This document shows, piece by piece, positions 43,630-53,686 of a DNA stretch of 64,000 nt. The stretch comes from an uncultured Clostridia bacterium (GTDB lineage: Bacteria; Bacillota; Clostridia; Oscillospirales; Acutalibacteraceae): NCBI GenBank assembly GCA_946186245.1, contig CAMHMN010000003.1:5733-69732 (forward strand). Reading direction: 5' to 3'. How positions within the stretch are numbered: the stretch's first letter is position 1; each line of letters begins with the position of its first letter. The notes under the pieces were generated by a model. It did no database searches, was not told the origin of the DNA, and worked only from the letters and a program-made list of their open reading frames with translations. The translations under genes and the position numbers were made by a program.

Positions 43630-46005
43630 TTACTTTTTTTGCAGATCTATTGTCTTTTCGAGCGCGTTGGCAAGGGCGCGGGCGATATTCTTGGGATTGT
43701 CGATGATCCATCTGGCGGAATCGGCGTTGTCGTGATATTCCACCTCCGCCAGGAGGCTGATCATGCCGTAGTAGGCGGGATCCCTTACCTCGGCGTAACC
43801 CACATTTTCAAATCCCTTCATGCCGTCCACGGTCTTGCTGCCGACGGTTGGCATAAAGGGGGATATCTTGCCCATTTCGTTTGCCATATTCTCACCCAGC
43901 AGCCGGCTCTGCTCACAGCCTGGGAAGTAATAACCCACTGCGCCGTACATCTTCTTGGAGGAATGAGCGTTGCTGTGAATGGCGAGATAGACGTCGGCGT
44001 CCTTGTTGTAAGCGTCGGTGGGACGGCAGTTGAAATTGATCTTCATGCTGACCGGCGGCATATAGACCACGCAGAGATATTCTTCCTCGAGTATCTTTTT
44101 CAGCTCGTTTCCGACGCGGTACATCTGTTCCCCTTCGGTGGTGGAGCCGGCTGCGTATTCATTCTTTGTCTGGCGTGAGGGCGAAAGGTAGATGATCGGC
44201 ACACCGCCCTCCTTGAAGCTGCGGCTGGGTATGGTGACGCATTCATTCCGGTATACGGAAGTCTTGGAGCGGGCAATCCATGCGCTCTTGCCGTTCAGAT
44301 TGAAGCGATACCATGTGGCGTCGCCGGAATCGCAGTCCCATTCCAGCGCAAGGTATCTGGCGCCTGCTTTGACGGTGCCGACACTGGAATAATTCGTGCC
44401 CGGGCCGGAATACACCGTCGTGCCGTTGCTTTTGACGGTGAAGGTGCGGTTGATGTAGATCTGATCGCTTTTTTTGGTTATCATGGCAAATGTAACCGAG
44501 CTGTCGACAGCTTCTCCGTTTTCATCCGTCACGCGGCAGTAGACCTGCATGGCGTGCCATGTGCAGTCGGCTTCCTCGGTCACCTTGGGCTCGGTGCCTT
44601 CCTGCCACAGTGTCCAGTCGGACTCGCCGGCCTTTTTGCGGTACCACTGATAACGCAGCCCGCTGCCGGAAGCGGTAATCGAAAACGAAGCCGTCTCGCC
44701 CGAATGAACCGTGACTTGCGCCGGCTGTGTGATGATTTTAACGGCGGGGGTGACGATGATCCTGGCCGACCTGGAATTGACGCTCGCGCCGGATTCATCC
44801 GACACACGGCAATAGACCTGCATGCCGTTCATTGACAGCTCGGCTCTGGCGGACAGCACGGATCCGGTCTGTCCGTACCATCTTTCCCATGATTTCGTAT
44901 CCGGCATGCGGCGGAACCACTGATAAGAGCATTTGCCCGTACCGCGGGCAGTAACGGATGTTTTCAGGCTCGTGCCGGACAGAACATTGGTGCTTACAGG
45001 TTGAACGGTAACGGAAAGCGGCTGGCTGATTCTGACGATCGCCGTATCGGAAACCAACTGCGCACCCGAAGCATCGGTGAGCTTGCAGTACACCTCCATC
45101 ATGTTCCATGAGGAATCGGCCTGTGCCGATATCATCGGCGAAGTCTGACTTGTCCAGACCGACCAGTCATTCGCACCGGCTTTTTTATAGTACCACTGAT
45201 AGGTGATTTCGCCGGTTCCCTTCGCCGACAGGAATATTTCGGGAACCTGACCCGCCTTTACCATCACGCCTTCCGGCTGTGTCTGGATGGAAAGCGGCTG
45301 CCTGACCGTTACCACGGCAGTTTCCGACAGGGCCGTGCCGCCGGCTTCGTCAGTGATCACGCACCATACGCGCATCAGGTTGCAGGTTTCATCGGCAATT
45401 GCCGACAGGCTGGGGGAAGTATTTCCGCTCCAGGCGGTTCCCTGGTTCATATCCGCCTTGCGGAAAAACCACTGGTAGTGCAGACTGCCGCTGCCCTGTG
45501 CCGACACGGAAAACGCCATTTTCTCGCCCGGTTTTACGGTGATATTCTTCGGCTGCTTTTGCAGCACAATAGGCTTTGCCAATCTGACAACCGCCGAATT
45601 GGACGAAACGGTGCTGCCGGAAGCGTCTGTCACCCGGCAATAGACCTTCATCATATCCCATGTGGAATCCGCCGTATCGGTGATGGAAGCCGTCGTATGT
45701 CCGCTCCAGACCTGCCATTTTCTGTTGCCTTGCTTGCGGCAATACCACTGATATTTCAGCTCCGATCCGGTCGCTTCCACGCTGAAGGACGCCCTGTTGC
45801 CTTCCTTGACGATGACGTCCGACGGATGGGATGTGATGGCAAGCGTCGCGGTCTCCGCGGGTGCGGCGTTGACCTTGCTTTCCCCCGCATAAACCTCCGC
45901 GCGTCCTCCTGCGGGTGAAATAAAGTATCCGGCCGCAAACGCAAGAGTCAACGCAATGGCGATCGCTTTTTTTGCCGACAAACGAATATGATCGTAGTAA
46001 CGCAT
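43630..46005 (-). CDS. N-acetylmuramoyl-L-alanine amidase (Amidase_3) with five Ig-like repeats and an SH3b-like domain
   Basis: Signal/TM segment, then five repeats of about 90 aa each carrying (Y/F)QW(Y/F)..K......W..W ... M.VYC.VTD. An SH3b-like segment (WYRFNLNGKSAWIAR) follows. Catalytic motifs are ADVYLAIHSNA and LLAEVEYHDN. ATG 46005 is preferred. The track TTG 46113 start runs through the amidase relic. Confidence 0.85.
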   Translation of the reverse strand: MRYYDHIRLSAKKAIAIALTLAFAAGYFISPAGGRAEVYAGESKVNAAPAETATLAITSHPSDVIVKEGNRASFSVEATGSELKYQWYCRKQGNRKWQVWSGHTTASITDTADSTWDMMKVYCRVTDASGSTVSSNSAVVRLAKPIVLQKQPKNITVKPGEKMAFSVSAQGSGSLHYQWFFRKADMNQGTAWSGNTSPSLSAIADETCNLMRVWCVITDEAGGTALSETAVVTVRQPLSIQTQPEGVMVKAGQVPEIFLSAKGTGEITYQWYYKKAGANDWSVWTSQTSPMISAQADSSWNMMEVYCKLTDASGAQLVSDTAIVRISQPLSVTVQPVSTNVLSGTSLKTSVTARGTGKCSYQWFRRMPDTKSWERWYGQTGSVLSARAELSMNGMQVYCRVSDESGASVNSRSARIIVTPAVKIITQPAQVTVHSGETASFSITASGSGLRYQWYRKKAGESDWTLWQEGTEPKVTEEADCTWHAMQVYCRVTDENGEAVDSSVTFAMITKKSDQIYINRTFTVKSNGTTVYSGPGTNYSSVGTVKAGARYLALEWDCDSGDATWYRFNLNGKSAWIARSKTSVYRNECVTIPSRSFKEGGVPIIYLSPSRQTKNEYAAGSTTEGEQMYRVGNELKKILEEEYLCVVYMPPVSMKINFNCRPTDAYNKDADVYLAIHSNAHSSKKMYGAVGYYFPGCEQSRLLGENMANEMGKISPFMPTVGSKTVDGMKGFENVGYAEVRDPAYYGMISLLAEVEYHDNADSARWIIDNPKNIARALANALEKTIDLQKK

Positions 46006-46063
46006 TGATTCTGCCGCCTTTCTTTTTTTATGACTCAAAACTGTGTGAATGGATTGACTGTGA

Positions 46064-46240
46064 TCAAAGAAGGATTGGTTCTGCCTGCCTACGGTATTCC
46101 TTCGCGTTGGCAAGGGCGCGGGCTATCTTTTTGGGGCATTGTGGGCGATTCGTCTGGCGGAAGGCCTATCACGCCGCTGAAAGCGACCGCGACAGAGCTG
46201 ACAGATATCATGACGGATGTCCGCAAAAACAGCACACCGA
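46064..46240 (-). pseudogene. Decayed 3-prime relic of a third Amidase_3 paralog
   Basis: 46103-46123 (CGCGTTGGCAAGGGCGCGGGC) is identical to 43663-43683 at the 3-prime end of the intact gene. Flanking sequence aligns at roughly 70 percent with indels that break the frame (..ARALANA.. retained; ..DSARWI.. region frameshifted). It has its own stop at 46064-46066. Confidence 0.5.
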
Positions 46241-46342
46241 TACATGACTCCCTTGATCTCATTTCGCTTCTCTTATTATTTCAGAGATGACATGGTTTTA
46301 TTTCAGTTATTTTCAGCTATTCAACAAATGAAAAATTAAACA

Positions 46343-47434
46343 TTAAACATTGAACAGGAAATGCACCACGTCGCCGTCCTTCATGACGTATTCCTTGCCC
46401 TCGGAACGGAGAAGTCCCTTTTCGCGGGCAGCTGCCAGCGAGCCAAGCTCCACGAGGCTGTCGTAATCAATTACCTCCGCCCGGATAAAGCCGCGCTCGA
46501 TGTCGGAATGAATCTTGCCCGCAGCCTGCGGCGCTTTGGTGCCTTTGGTAATCGTCCACGCCCTGACTTCCGGCTGACCGGCGGTGAGGAAGCTGATCAG
46601 TCCCAGCAGATGGTAGCCCGCGCGGATCAGGCGGTCGAGTCCCGATTCCTCCAAGCCCAATTCGCTGAGGAACATGAGCTTTTCGTCCGGCTCCATGCCG
46701 CTGATCTCGGCTTCGATTTCGGCGCAGATCGGCAGCACCTCGCTGTTTTCCTCAGCGGCGATCTTCTTGACCACCTCCAGATGGGGATTCACGGCGTCGC
46801 CGGAGAAATCGTCCTCGCTGAGATTGGCGGCGTAAATGACCTTCTTGCTGGTGAGCAGCGCCACGGTGGAGAGCATTTCCTGCTCCTCCTCGGTGAGGGT
46901 CATGGTACGCACCGACTTGCCCGATTCCAGCACTTCCCTGACGCGCTCGAAGAATTCCACCTCGGCGGCGAATTTCTTATCCCCCTTCATCGCCTTCTTG
47001 GAACGGTCGATCTTGCGTTCCACCAGCTCCAGGTCGGACAGAATCAGCTCGAGGTTGATGGTTTCGATATCGCGGGCAGGGTCGATGCTGCCTTCCACAT
47101 GAATGATGTCGTCGTTCTCGAAGCACCGCACCACATGCACGATGGCGTCACATTCCCTGATGTTGGAGAGGAATTTGTTGCCCAGACCTTCGCCCTTGCT
47201 CGCGCCCTTGACCAGACCGGCGATATCCACGAATTCCAGCGGGGCGTGGGTGATTTTTTCGGGATGGTACATCTCGGCGAGCTTATCCAGCCGCTTGTCC
47301 GGAACGTCCACCACGCCCACATTCGGCTCGATGGTGCAGAAGGGATAATTCGCCGACTGCGCGCCGGCGCTGGTGATCGCGTTGAAAAGTGTGCTCTTGC
47401 CGACATTCGGCAGTCCTACGATGCCTAATTTCAT
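46343..47434 (-). CDS. ychF: Ribosome-binding ATPase YchF
   Basis: [29 protein letters not shown], a TGS-like C-terminus, AAGGAGAA RBS. Confidence 0.97.
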   Translation of the reverse strand: MKLGIVGLPNVGKSTLFNAITSAGAQSANYPFCTIEPNVGVVDVPDKRLDKLAEMYHPEKITHAPLEFVDIAGLVKGASKGEGLGNKFLSNIRECDAIVHVVRCFENDDIIHVEGSIDPARDIETINLELILSDLELVERKIDRSKKAMKGDKKFAAEVEFFERVREVLESGKSVRTMTLTEEEQEMLSTVALLTSKKVIYAANLSEDDFSGDAVNPHLEVVKKIAAEENSEVLPICAEIEAEISGMEPDEKLMFLSELGLEESGLDRLIRAGYHLLGLISFLTAGQPEVRAWTITKGTKAPQAAGKIHSDIERGFIRAEVIDYDSLVELGSLAAAREKGLLRSEGKEYVMKDGDVVHFLFNV

Positions 47435-47575
47435 TTACTGTTTTTCTCCTTTTTTCCGTCCGTATGTTCTTCAGACCGTCGGAAATGAAATTCTTTTATC
47501 AATTTATTATATCATAAATACGCGGTTTTCTCAATAGGTTACCGAAGATTTTTCCTGATTTTTCTTCCAATAAAC

Positions 47576-47615
47576 GACGGTCATTCCATGCCTTTTGCGG
47601 CAGAGAATGACCGTC
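47576..47615 (-). terminator. Terminator-like hairpin after the lipoprotein gene
   Basis: GACGGTCATTC (47576-47586) pairs perfectly (11 bp) with GAATGACCGTC (47605-47615). The U-tract on the minus strand is weak (GTTTATT). Confidence 0.55.
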
Positions 47616-47635
47616 CTGCTGGTCTTATGCTGAAA

Positions 47636-48325
47636 TCAGTCGTTGAATGTGACGCTGCTGCCCGATTCCTCGGCTTCCTCGGAGGACACCGGCTTGACGT
47701 CAGAATCGGAAACAGGCGCGACGTTGGTAAAATCGCCGCTCTCCACCATGGAATTCGCCTCATTGATGTAGCCCATCATCAGATTGAAGCTGGTGGAATC
47801 CAGAATGATGTACCATTTGTCCTTCTCCCGAGTGAGATTGACCCTGCTCTGGGTGGTGACATGCTTTGCCTCGGACATTTCGGATTCCCGCACGATTTCA
47901 TCCACCAGTGCTTCGCGCATTTCCTCGGCGGATATCCGGGAGCCTTTGAGCACCGTGTCCACGTAATTGTTGGTCACGGTGGAAGCAGCGCGGGAATATA
48001 TTTCCCGCAGATCGACGGTGGTAATGTTCAGCACCGCCGAACCGTTGGCGCCGGATGTCTGGATGTCGACAATCTCGATCTCCAGCGTCTTTGAAACGGC
48101 GTCCACGATCTTGCGTGTGCCGCTGCGGTCCCCGCTGTCAAAGCTCAGACCGTCGTATTCCTTTACATAGTCAAAGGCAGCCTTGTAGCTGCAGTCGTTC
48201 ATTCTCTTGTTGAATCTCTTGATCGCCTGTTCGGGCGTTTCAGCGTCGTTGCAGGCGCAGAGCAGAAGCATGACTGCCGCCAGCGCCAGCGCGGCAACCG
48301 TCCTGATGTTTGACCTGATCTTCAA
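47636..48325 (-). CDS. Hypothetical lipoprotein (NTF2/DUF4878-like)
   Basis: The probable start is TTG 48325, giving MKIRSNIRTVAALALAAVMLLLCAC. The track ORF to 48436 runs through a 12-bp hairpin. The tail ...REKDKWYIILDS resembles ...KVNNRWYIVQS of the 17572 lipoprotein. Confidence 0.6.
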   Translation of the reverse strand: MKIRSNIRTVAALALAAVMLLLCACNDAETPEQAIKRFNKRMNDCSYKAAFDYVKEYDGLSFDSGDRSGTRKIVDAVSKTLEIEIVDIQTSGANGSAVLNITTVDLREIYSRAASTVTNNYVDTVLKGSRISAEEMREALVDEIVRESEMSEAKHVTTQSRVNLTREKDKWYIILDSTSFNLMMGYINEANSMVESGDFTNVAPVSDSDVKPVSSEEAEESGSSVTFND

Positions 48326-48364
48326 ATCGATCCATTCCCCCCGATAGTTTTGCGCTATATCAGT

Positions 48365-48404
48365 TTGCAGACGGCGCGGGGTCAGAATACCACGCCGTCT
48401 GCAA
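48365..48404. other. Perfect 12-bp intercistronic hairpin
   Basis: TTGCAGACGGCG (48365-48376) pairs with CGCCGTCTGCAA (48393-48404) with a 16-nt loop and no U-tract on the minus strand. It lies between the 836-aa gene and the lipoprotein gene. Confidence 0.7.
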
Positions 48405-48445
48405 GGTTTTGATGTTGTTCTGTCCGTGTCAGTCAACCGCCGACC

Positions 48446-50956
48446 TTATCTTTCCTTCCTGCGGAGCATCTTGCGGAAATTCAGGCCGGTGTCCATGAGT
48501 ATCAGCACCACCGCGCCGATAAAGAGCATCACATAGATGACCACGGAATAATTGTAGGCCCAGTCCATCTCCACGAAGAACCGCTTGCCGTCTACGCCCA
48601 GCAGATCCACCTTGGCTTCCAGCGTATCCTGCAGGCCCAGCATGTACCACGCCTGGAAGAGCGATGCGCCTATGATCACGATATCGCTCATCAGCTTGGG
48701 CAGAAGGTTGCGCAGCGTAAGAATAAGGAAGATCAGCAGCGGCACGACAATCAGCACCGCGTTGAAGTAGCTGCCCTCCAGCATGCGGTCGCCTATCTGT
48801 TTGCCCATGATCAGATCCCAGCCGGACACGCCTTTGGCCGAATTGAAGAATTCCAGCGGATTGAGGACATTGCGCTCGGAATCGACACCCGCGTAATTGA
48901 GCACCACCAGCACTCCCGCCATCGCCGCAAAGAGCCGCATCGCGGTCGTGAAGAGCCACATATTTTCCGGCTCGTCGTCGTCCTCGTCCAGACCGTCATC
49001 GTCCTTGGGTGCAATGACAACGGCATTCGCGGCTTCCTCCGGGGTGACTTCCATCATCTGCTGGGTGCCGTCGGGCAGCTTGACCAGCGCCATGGTCATG
49101 ACCGCCTCCATTTTTTCCTCCTGATGCTTTCTGCGTCTGCGCAGCACCATCCAGCTGAAAAGCATGATCAGCGCGCCGCACGCAACGATGGCAATTCCGC
49201 CCATCAGCATGACAAAGATCAGGTTGATTCTCTGCACCTGATAGCTCACCGTGAAGGTCTGCGCGGCGATCGGGTGATCGAATTCGCTCTGGGACTTGCC
49301 CATCAGCACATCGTTCTTGCCCTTGCCCGTGACGGAGGATGTCCAGCTCACCGAACTTGCCTCGCCGGCGCCTCTGAATCCGTACTCGGTGACCTCGGTG
49401 TAGCCCGAAGCTTTGATGAATTCCGCAATGTCCACGTCCACCGTGACACTGCGCTTATTGAACATGGCAAATTTATCTTCGCCCTCAATTTTGATGGAAT
49501 TGCCCGGTCCGATATACTTCTGAAGCAGCGAAGTGGTTTCCTCGGCGGTGGCTCTCGGCGTGGTCAGCACCACGGCGTACTGCGAACGGGAAGCATTGAA
49601 GGGCTCAACGGCGATATCAATTCCGCTGCCCTTGAAAGCCTCGTTGAAGTACTTGGCGGCAAACTTCGCGCCGGAATCGTCGTCGCCTACCTTGTAGGCA
49701 ATGCTGATCTCCTGCGAAACCTTGTCGTCACTGCCGATTTCGGTGGTAACGGATACCTTTGAAACGCTGTAGACCGACGACGAATACACCGTGATGTCCG
49801 CGCTGCCCGCCTTTTCATACATGACGACCAGCGTCTTGCCTTCATCCTCTGTTTTCTTGGTACTGCTGCCCGCAGCCGTGGACTTGGAGTCGTCGAATCT
49901 GCTGCCGTCTATATTGACATAAGTGAATGTCGCGTCGCAGGTGCCGTCGCTTCTGCAGGGAAATCTGGAAAAGCTGACCTTCTCGCTGAGCACGCCGGTT
50001 TCGGAGAAGGCGGTGTTCAGCGAGCCGTCGCTGACATACTGGAAGGAACAGCCGCCGCCGAAGAGCTTGGAAGTGCATTCGTTGATCACATCGGCGCTGC
50101 CGTTGAAGGAAACGCGGTAACGGCTGGCGCCGTCGTCGTCCGATTTCCACTTGCCGGTGGCGTTTTCACCGACGCAGTTTTCCATGAATTCCTGTATATT
50201 GCTCTTGCCCAGCGCTTCCACTGTCTTTTTCGGGATCTTGATGGCAACCTCGCGTTCGTAGACAGCGCCTTCCTTGTCCACATCGTGAACCGTGCGGATT
50301 TCCAGGCTGTCTATCAGATATTTCGATATGGTATTGAGCTTGACCTTGGCGGAACCGAAATTGTCATTGTCATAGGAAACGCCGTTCATCGTGACCTTGA
50401 CATTGTCGGTCATGCTGGAAACGTCCTTTGACACATTCAGCTCATCCTTGAGCGCCGGCTTGACCCAGGCCAGCAGATCCTTGGATTCAAAATCCTCGGT
50501 GATGGAAAAACCGCTGGCGAAAAGATCCGCCTTGGGATCCTTGTATGTAAACTGCACCGTCGGGTTGCGTCCGATGAGCTCCTTGACCTTGGCCTTGTAA
50601 TCGTCAAGGGAATCGAACTTCATGCGGAATACAAACACAGCCTTGGTCTTGCTGTCATTGGTATACTGGCACTCAAAAGTCATCTGAGGCGGGCATTTCT
50701 TGCTGAGCACATCGGCGGCTTCCGACACCTTGAATTTGGTGAAAAGACCGTTCTGATCGCTCAGCTCGTCACAGGTGATCACCCGTTCGCCCTTGAACTG
50801 ACCGTCGATATTCAGATCGGTATTCATGCCGCAGCCAACCAGAAGCAGGGCGGCTATACAGCCCAGCATGAGCCAGAGCATTCTGATACGGCTGACGCTG
50901 CGGTGTTCCTCCGGGACGCCGGTCAATGTCTGTCTGTCGGATAAGATTTTTTCCAT
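48446..50956 (-). CDS. Hypothetical 836-aa lipoprotein / polytopic membrane protein
   Basis: AAGGGAGAG RBS and lipobox LLLVGCG. About 560 aa are extracytoplasmic, followed by a TM helix, an acidic cytoplasmic loop and 4-5 more TM helices. No recognised domain. Confidence 0.65.
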   Translation of the reverse strand: MEKILSDRQTLTGVPEEHRSVSRIRMLWLMLGCIAALLLVGCGMNTDLNIDGQFKGERVITCDELSDQNGLFTKFKVSEAADVLSKKCPPQMTFECQYTNDSKTKAVFVFRMKFDSLDDYKAKVKELIGRNPTVQFTYKDPKADLFASGFSITEDFESKDLLAWVKPALKDELNVSKDVSSMTDNVKVTMNGVSYDNDNFGSAKVKLNTISKYLIDSLEIRTVHDVDKEGAVYEREVAIKIPKKTVEALGKSNIQEFMENCVGENATGKWKSDDDGASRYRVSFNGSADVINECTSKLFGGGCSFQYVSDGSLNTAFSETGVLSEKVSFSRFPCRSDGTCDATFTYVNIDGSRFDDSKSTAAGSSTKKTEDEGKTLVVMYEKAGSADITVYSSSVYSVSKVSVTTEIGSDDKVSQEISIAYKVGDDDSGAKFAAKYFNEAFKGSGIDIAVEPFNASRSQYAVVLTTPRATAEETTSLLQKYIGPGNSIKIEGEDKFAMFNKRSVTVDVDIAEFIKASGYTEVTEYGFRGAGEASSVSWTSSVTGKGKNDVLMGKSQSEFDHPIAAQTFTVSYQVQRINLIFVMLMGGIAIVACGALIMLFSWMVLRRRRKHQEEKMEAVMTMALVKLPDGTQQMMEVTPEEAANAVVIAPKDDDGLDEDDDEPENMWLFTTAMRLFAAMAGVLVVLNYAGVDSERNVLNPLEFFNSAKGVSGWDLIMGKQIGDRMLEGSYFNAVLIVVPLLIFLILTLRNLLPKLMSDIVIIGASLFQAWYMLGLQDTLEAKVDLLGVDGKRFFVEMDWAYNYSVVIYVMLFIGAVVLILMDTGLNFRKMLRRKER

Positions 50957-51166
50957 ATCAATCTCTCCCTTTGCAATTGTGCAGCTTTCAGATCGGAAAT
51001 TGCAGGAGAATTATTCACATCTCGCACGACTGCACAAGCCTATTCAAACATATTATATAATAAATTTTGCTCAACGTCAATCATGCAAGGGCAAAATATG
51101 AAATAATATTTTAAATTTTTTATCATTTTTTATGGAAATTCATGCCTGCTCCCGCCATGATTTCTC

Positions 51167-51220
51167 CAAAAAAACTCCGTCTCCCCTGACGGTCTGTCCT
51201 GGACAGCGAGGGAGACGGAG
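51167..51220 (-). terminator. Rho-independent terminator after the second amidase gene
   Basis: On the minus strand CTCCGTCTCCC pairs with GGGAGACGGAG (11 bp), followed by TTTTTTT. Confidence 0.85.
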
Positions 51221-51256
51221 CAATTCATCTGATTGTTCCGCTGTTTTCAGCGTGAA

Positions 51257-53578
51257 TTATTTTTTCTTTTGCAGACCGAAGGTCTTTTCCAGCGAATTGG
51301 CAAGGGCGCGCGCTATTTTGTCGGTGTTGTTGATGATCCACTTGGCGGAATCCTTGTTGTCGTGATATTCGACCTCCGCGAGCACGCCGACCATTCCGTA
51401 ATAGGTGGGGTCGCGGACTTCACCGTAGCCGGTGCCGCCGAACGCCGACATGCCTTCTCTGAGCTGATTTTTGACCGTGGGCTTTTTGATGCTGATCTTT
51501 TTCATCTCGCTGACGATGTTCTGACTGAGCACCTTGCCCTGATTGCAGCTGGGAGAATAATAGCCGATGGCGCCGTAAACCGCTTTGGAAGAAATCGCGT
51601 TGCTGTGGATGGCGAGATAGACATCCGCCTCTCTGATATAAGCATCATACGCGCGGTTTTTCAGGCCAAGATGAAGCGAAGTGGGAGGAATGTAGGTCAT
51701 GCAGTAGTATTCCTCCTCCAGGATCTTCTTGAGAGCCTTGCCCACGCGGTACATCTGCGCCTGTTCGGTTGTGTTGCCATAGGCAAACTTATTGTCCGGC
51801 TGTTTGGAGGGCGAAATGTATATGATCGGAATGCCGCCGTCATTGAATTTGCGGTCGGGAATGGTGGTGTATTTGTCTTTGACGGTAACGCTGGTGCGGG
51901 GAACCCAGACGTTTTTGCCGTTGTACTTGAATCTGTACCATGTGGTATCCTTTCCGTCGGCTGCCCATTCCAGCGCTTCAAATGATTTTTTGGCGTTGAT
52001 CTTCGCCACGACGCTGTACTTTGTTCCCACGCCGGAATACACCTTGGTGTAGTTCTTGCTGATGGTAATGGTGCGTTTGAAGTAACGCTTTGAACCCTGC
52101 TTGGTTATCATGGCATAGACCGTGTCGCTTTTCAGCGTATTGTTTTTGCTGTCGGTCACCTTGCAGTACACCTGCATGCCGTTCCATGTGCAATCGGCTT
52201 TCGCGCTCATTTCCGGGGAGGTCATTCCGCTCCAGAGCGTCCAGTCGCTCTTGCCCGCCTTTTTGTAGTACCACTGATAGCTCAGGGCATTCGCCGAGTA
52301 GGCCTTGACCTTGAATGTCCCGGAATCACCGACATGCAGCGTCACATCCTCCGGCTGTCTGGTGATTCTCAGCTTGCCGGTGAGCAGCGCCGTGGCGGAT
52401 TCGGAATTTTTGCTCCTGTCGAGGGCGTCCGTGATCTTGCAGTACACCTGCATGCCGTCCCAGGTGGAATCGGACGTTCCCGAAGCCTTGGCCGAAGTGT
52501 ATCCCTCCCAGAGCGTCCAGTCGGTTGCGCCTTCTTTTCTGTAATACCACTGGTATTTCAGATTTCCCGAACCCTGCGCCTTGACGGTGAAGGAGGTCGT
52601 TTTGCCGGCCTGTGATACGGCGTCCGTCGGCTGCTCGAGAATGACCAGCGGCTCGTCAATGATGACCGTTGCCGCATTGGAATCAATGCTGCCCGACAGG
52701 TCGGAAACCTTGCACCGGACCTGCATCATCTTCCATGACTCATCGGAGGTTGCCGTGACGGAGGCGGTTGTCTGTCCGTTCCAGACCGACCAGTCCGATT
52801 CGCCCTGCTTCTTGCAGTACCACTGATAACTCATTTCCCCGCTGCCGTAAGCAACCACGCTGAAGGTGGCAGACTTGTTCAGCTTAACGACGACGTCTTG
52901 GGGATGGGTTTCGATGGAAAGCGGCTGATCCACCGTTACCACGGCGGTATTGGAATATTTGCTCCCGTTGGAATCGGCGACCTTGCAGCGGACCTGCATC
53001 AGATTCCACGACGGTTCGATGCCTGCCGTCGCGGTGGCTGCGGTCTGTCCCTTCCAGGCCGACCAGGCGGAAGCGTTGAGCTTTTTGATATACCACTGGT
53101 ACTTGATCTTGCCCTTGCCCTGCGCCTTGACCGTAAACGAAGCCGACTCGCCGACCTTTCCGGTAAGGCTCTGGGGATGACCCTTGATGGACAGCGGCTG
53201 ATCGACTGTCACTGTCACGGTCTTTGAATAAAGGCTTTTTGATTTGTCGGACACCTTGCAGCGGACCTGCATCATGTTCCAGGACGCATCAACCCTGCCG
53301 GAAGCAGAGGAATAAATACGTCCCTTCCAGGCCGTCCAGCCGGAGTCGCCGACTTTTTTGAAGTACCACTGGTACTTCACCGTCCCGTTTCCGGTGGCTT
53401 TGATGGTGAATTTCACCGTGTTGCCGGGTTTGGCGGTAACGTTTTTCGGCTGGGCGGTAACAGAGAGTGAAGCAGCGTAAACGATTCTTGTCCCGTCCGG
53501 ACTGAAGACTGCGTACGCCAGGACGAACGAGAGCGCGATCAGCAGAGCTGCGACTTTTTTATAGCCCGAGAAATTCAT
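51257..53578 (-). CDS. N-acetylmuramoyl-L-alanine amidase (Amidase_3) with five Ig-like repeats and SH3b-like domain, paralog of 43630-46005
   Basis: Same architecture as the first amidase: five YQWY repeats, WYRFKYNGKNVWVPR, ADVYLAIHSNA and VLAEVEYHDN, with AAAGGACGG RBS. Confidence 0.85.
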   Translation of the reverse strand: MNFSGYKKVAALLIALSFVLAYAVFSPDGTRIVYAASLSVTAQPKNVTAKPGNTVKFTIKATGNGTVKYQWYFKKVGDSGWTAWKGRIYSSASGRVDASWNMMQVRCKVSDKSKSLYSKTVTVTVDQPLSIKGHPQSLTGKVGESASFTVKAQGKGKIKYQWYIKKLNASAWSAWKGQTAATATAGIEPSWNLMQVRCKVADSNGSKYSNTAVVTVDQPLSIETHPQDVVVKLNKSATFSVVAYGSGEMSYQWYCKKQGESDWSVWNGQTTASVTATSDESWKMMQVRCKVSDLSGSIDSNAATVIIDEPLVILEQPTDAVSQAGKTTSFTVKAQGSGNLKYQWYYRKEGATDWTLWEGYTSAKASGTSDSTWDGMQVYCKITDALDRSKNSESATALLTGKLRITRQPEDVTLHVGDSGTFKVKAYSANALSYQWYYKKAGKSDWTLWSGMTSPEMSAKADCTWNGMQVYCKVTDSKNNTLKSDTVYAMITKQGSKRYFKRTITISKNYTKVYSGVGTKYSVVAKINAKKSFEALEWAADGKDTTWYRFKYNGKNVWVPRTSVTVKDKYTTIPDRKFNDGGIPIIYISPSKQPDNKFAYGNTTEQAQMYRVGKALKKILEEEYYCMTYIPPTSLHLGLKNRAYDAYIREADVYLAIHSNAISSKAVYGAIGYYSPSCNQGKVLSQNIVSEMKKISIKKPTVKNQLREGMSAFGGTGYGEVRDPTYYGMVGVLAEVEYHDNKDSAKWIINNTDKIARALANSLEKTFGLQKKK

Positions 53579-53686
53579 TTAACCTACCGTCCTTTTTAAT
53601 AATTTAGCAACTCTATTATAGCTGATTTTTATATTGCTTTCATCATTAATTTGTAAATTTTTCTTATCGGCGCGGCTGGTAGAATT

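Noticed and set aside
46361-47428. 355-aa ORF antisense to ychF, and the similar 60989-62014 ORF antisense to argG
   Set aside because: Both overlap unmistakable conserved genes, so they are shadow ORFs.
43630-53578. Idea that the amidase Ig-like repeats are DGR variable/template repeats or a phase-variation shufflon
   Set aside because: No reverse transcriptase or recombinase is present in the window. The repeats differ at all base types rather than only at adenines, and they are all in direct orientation.
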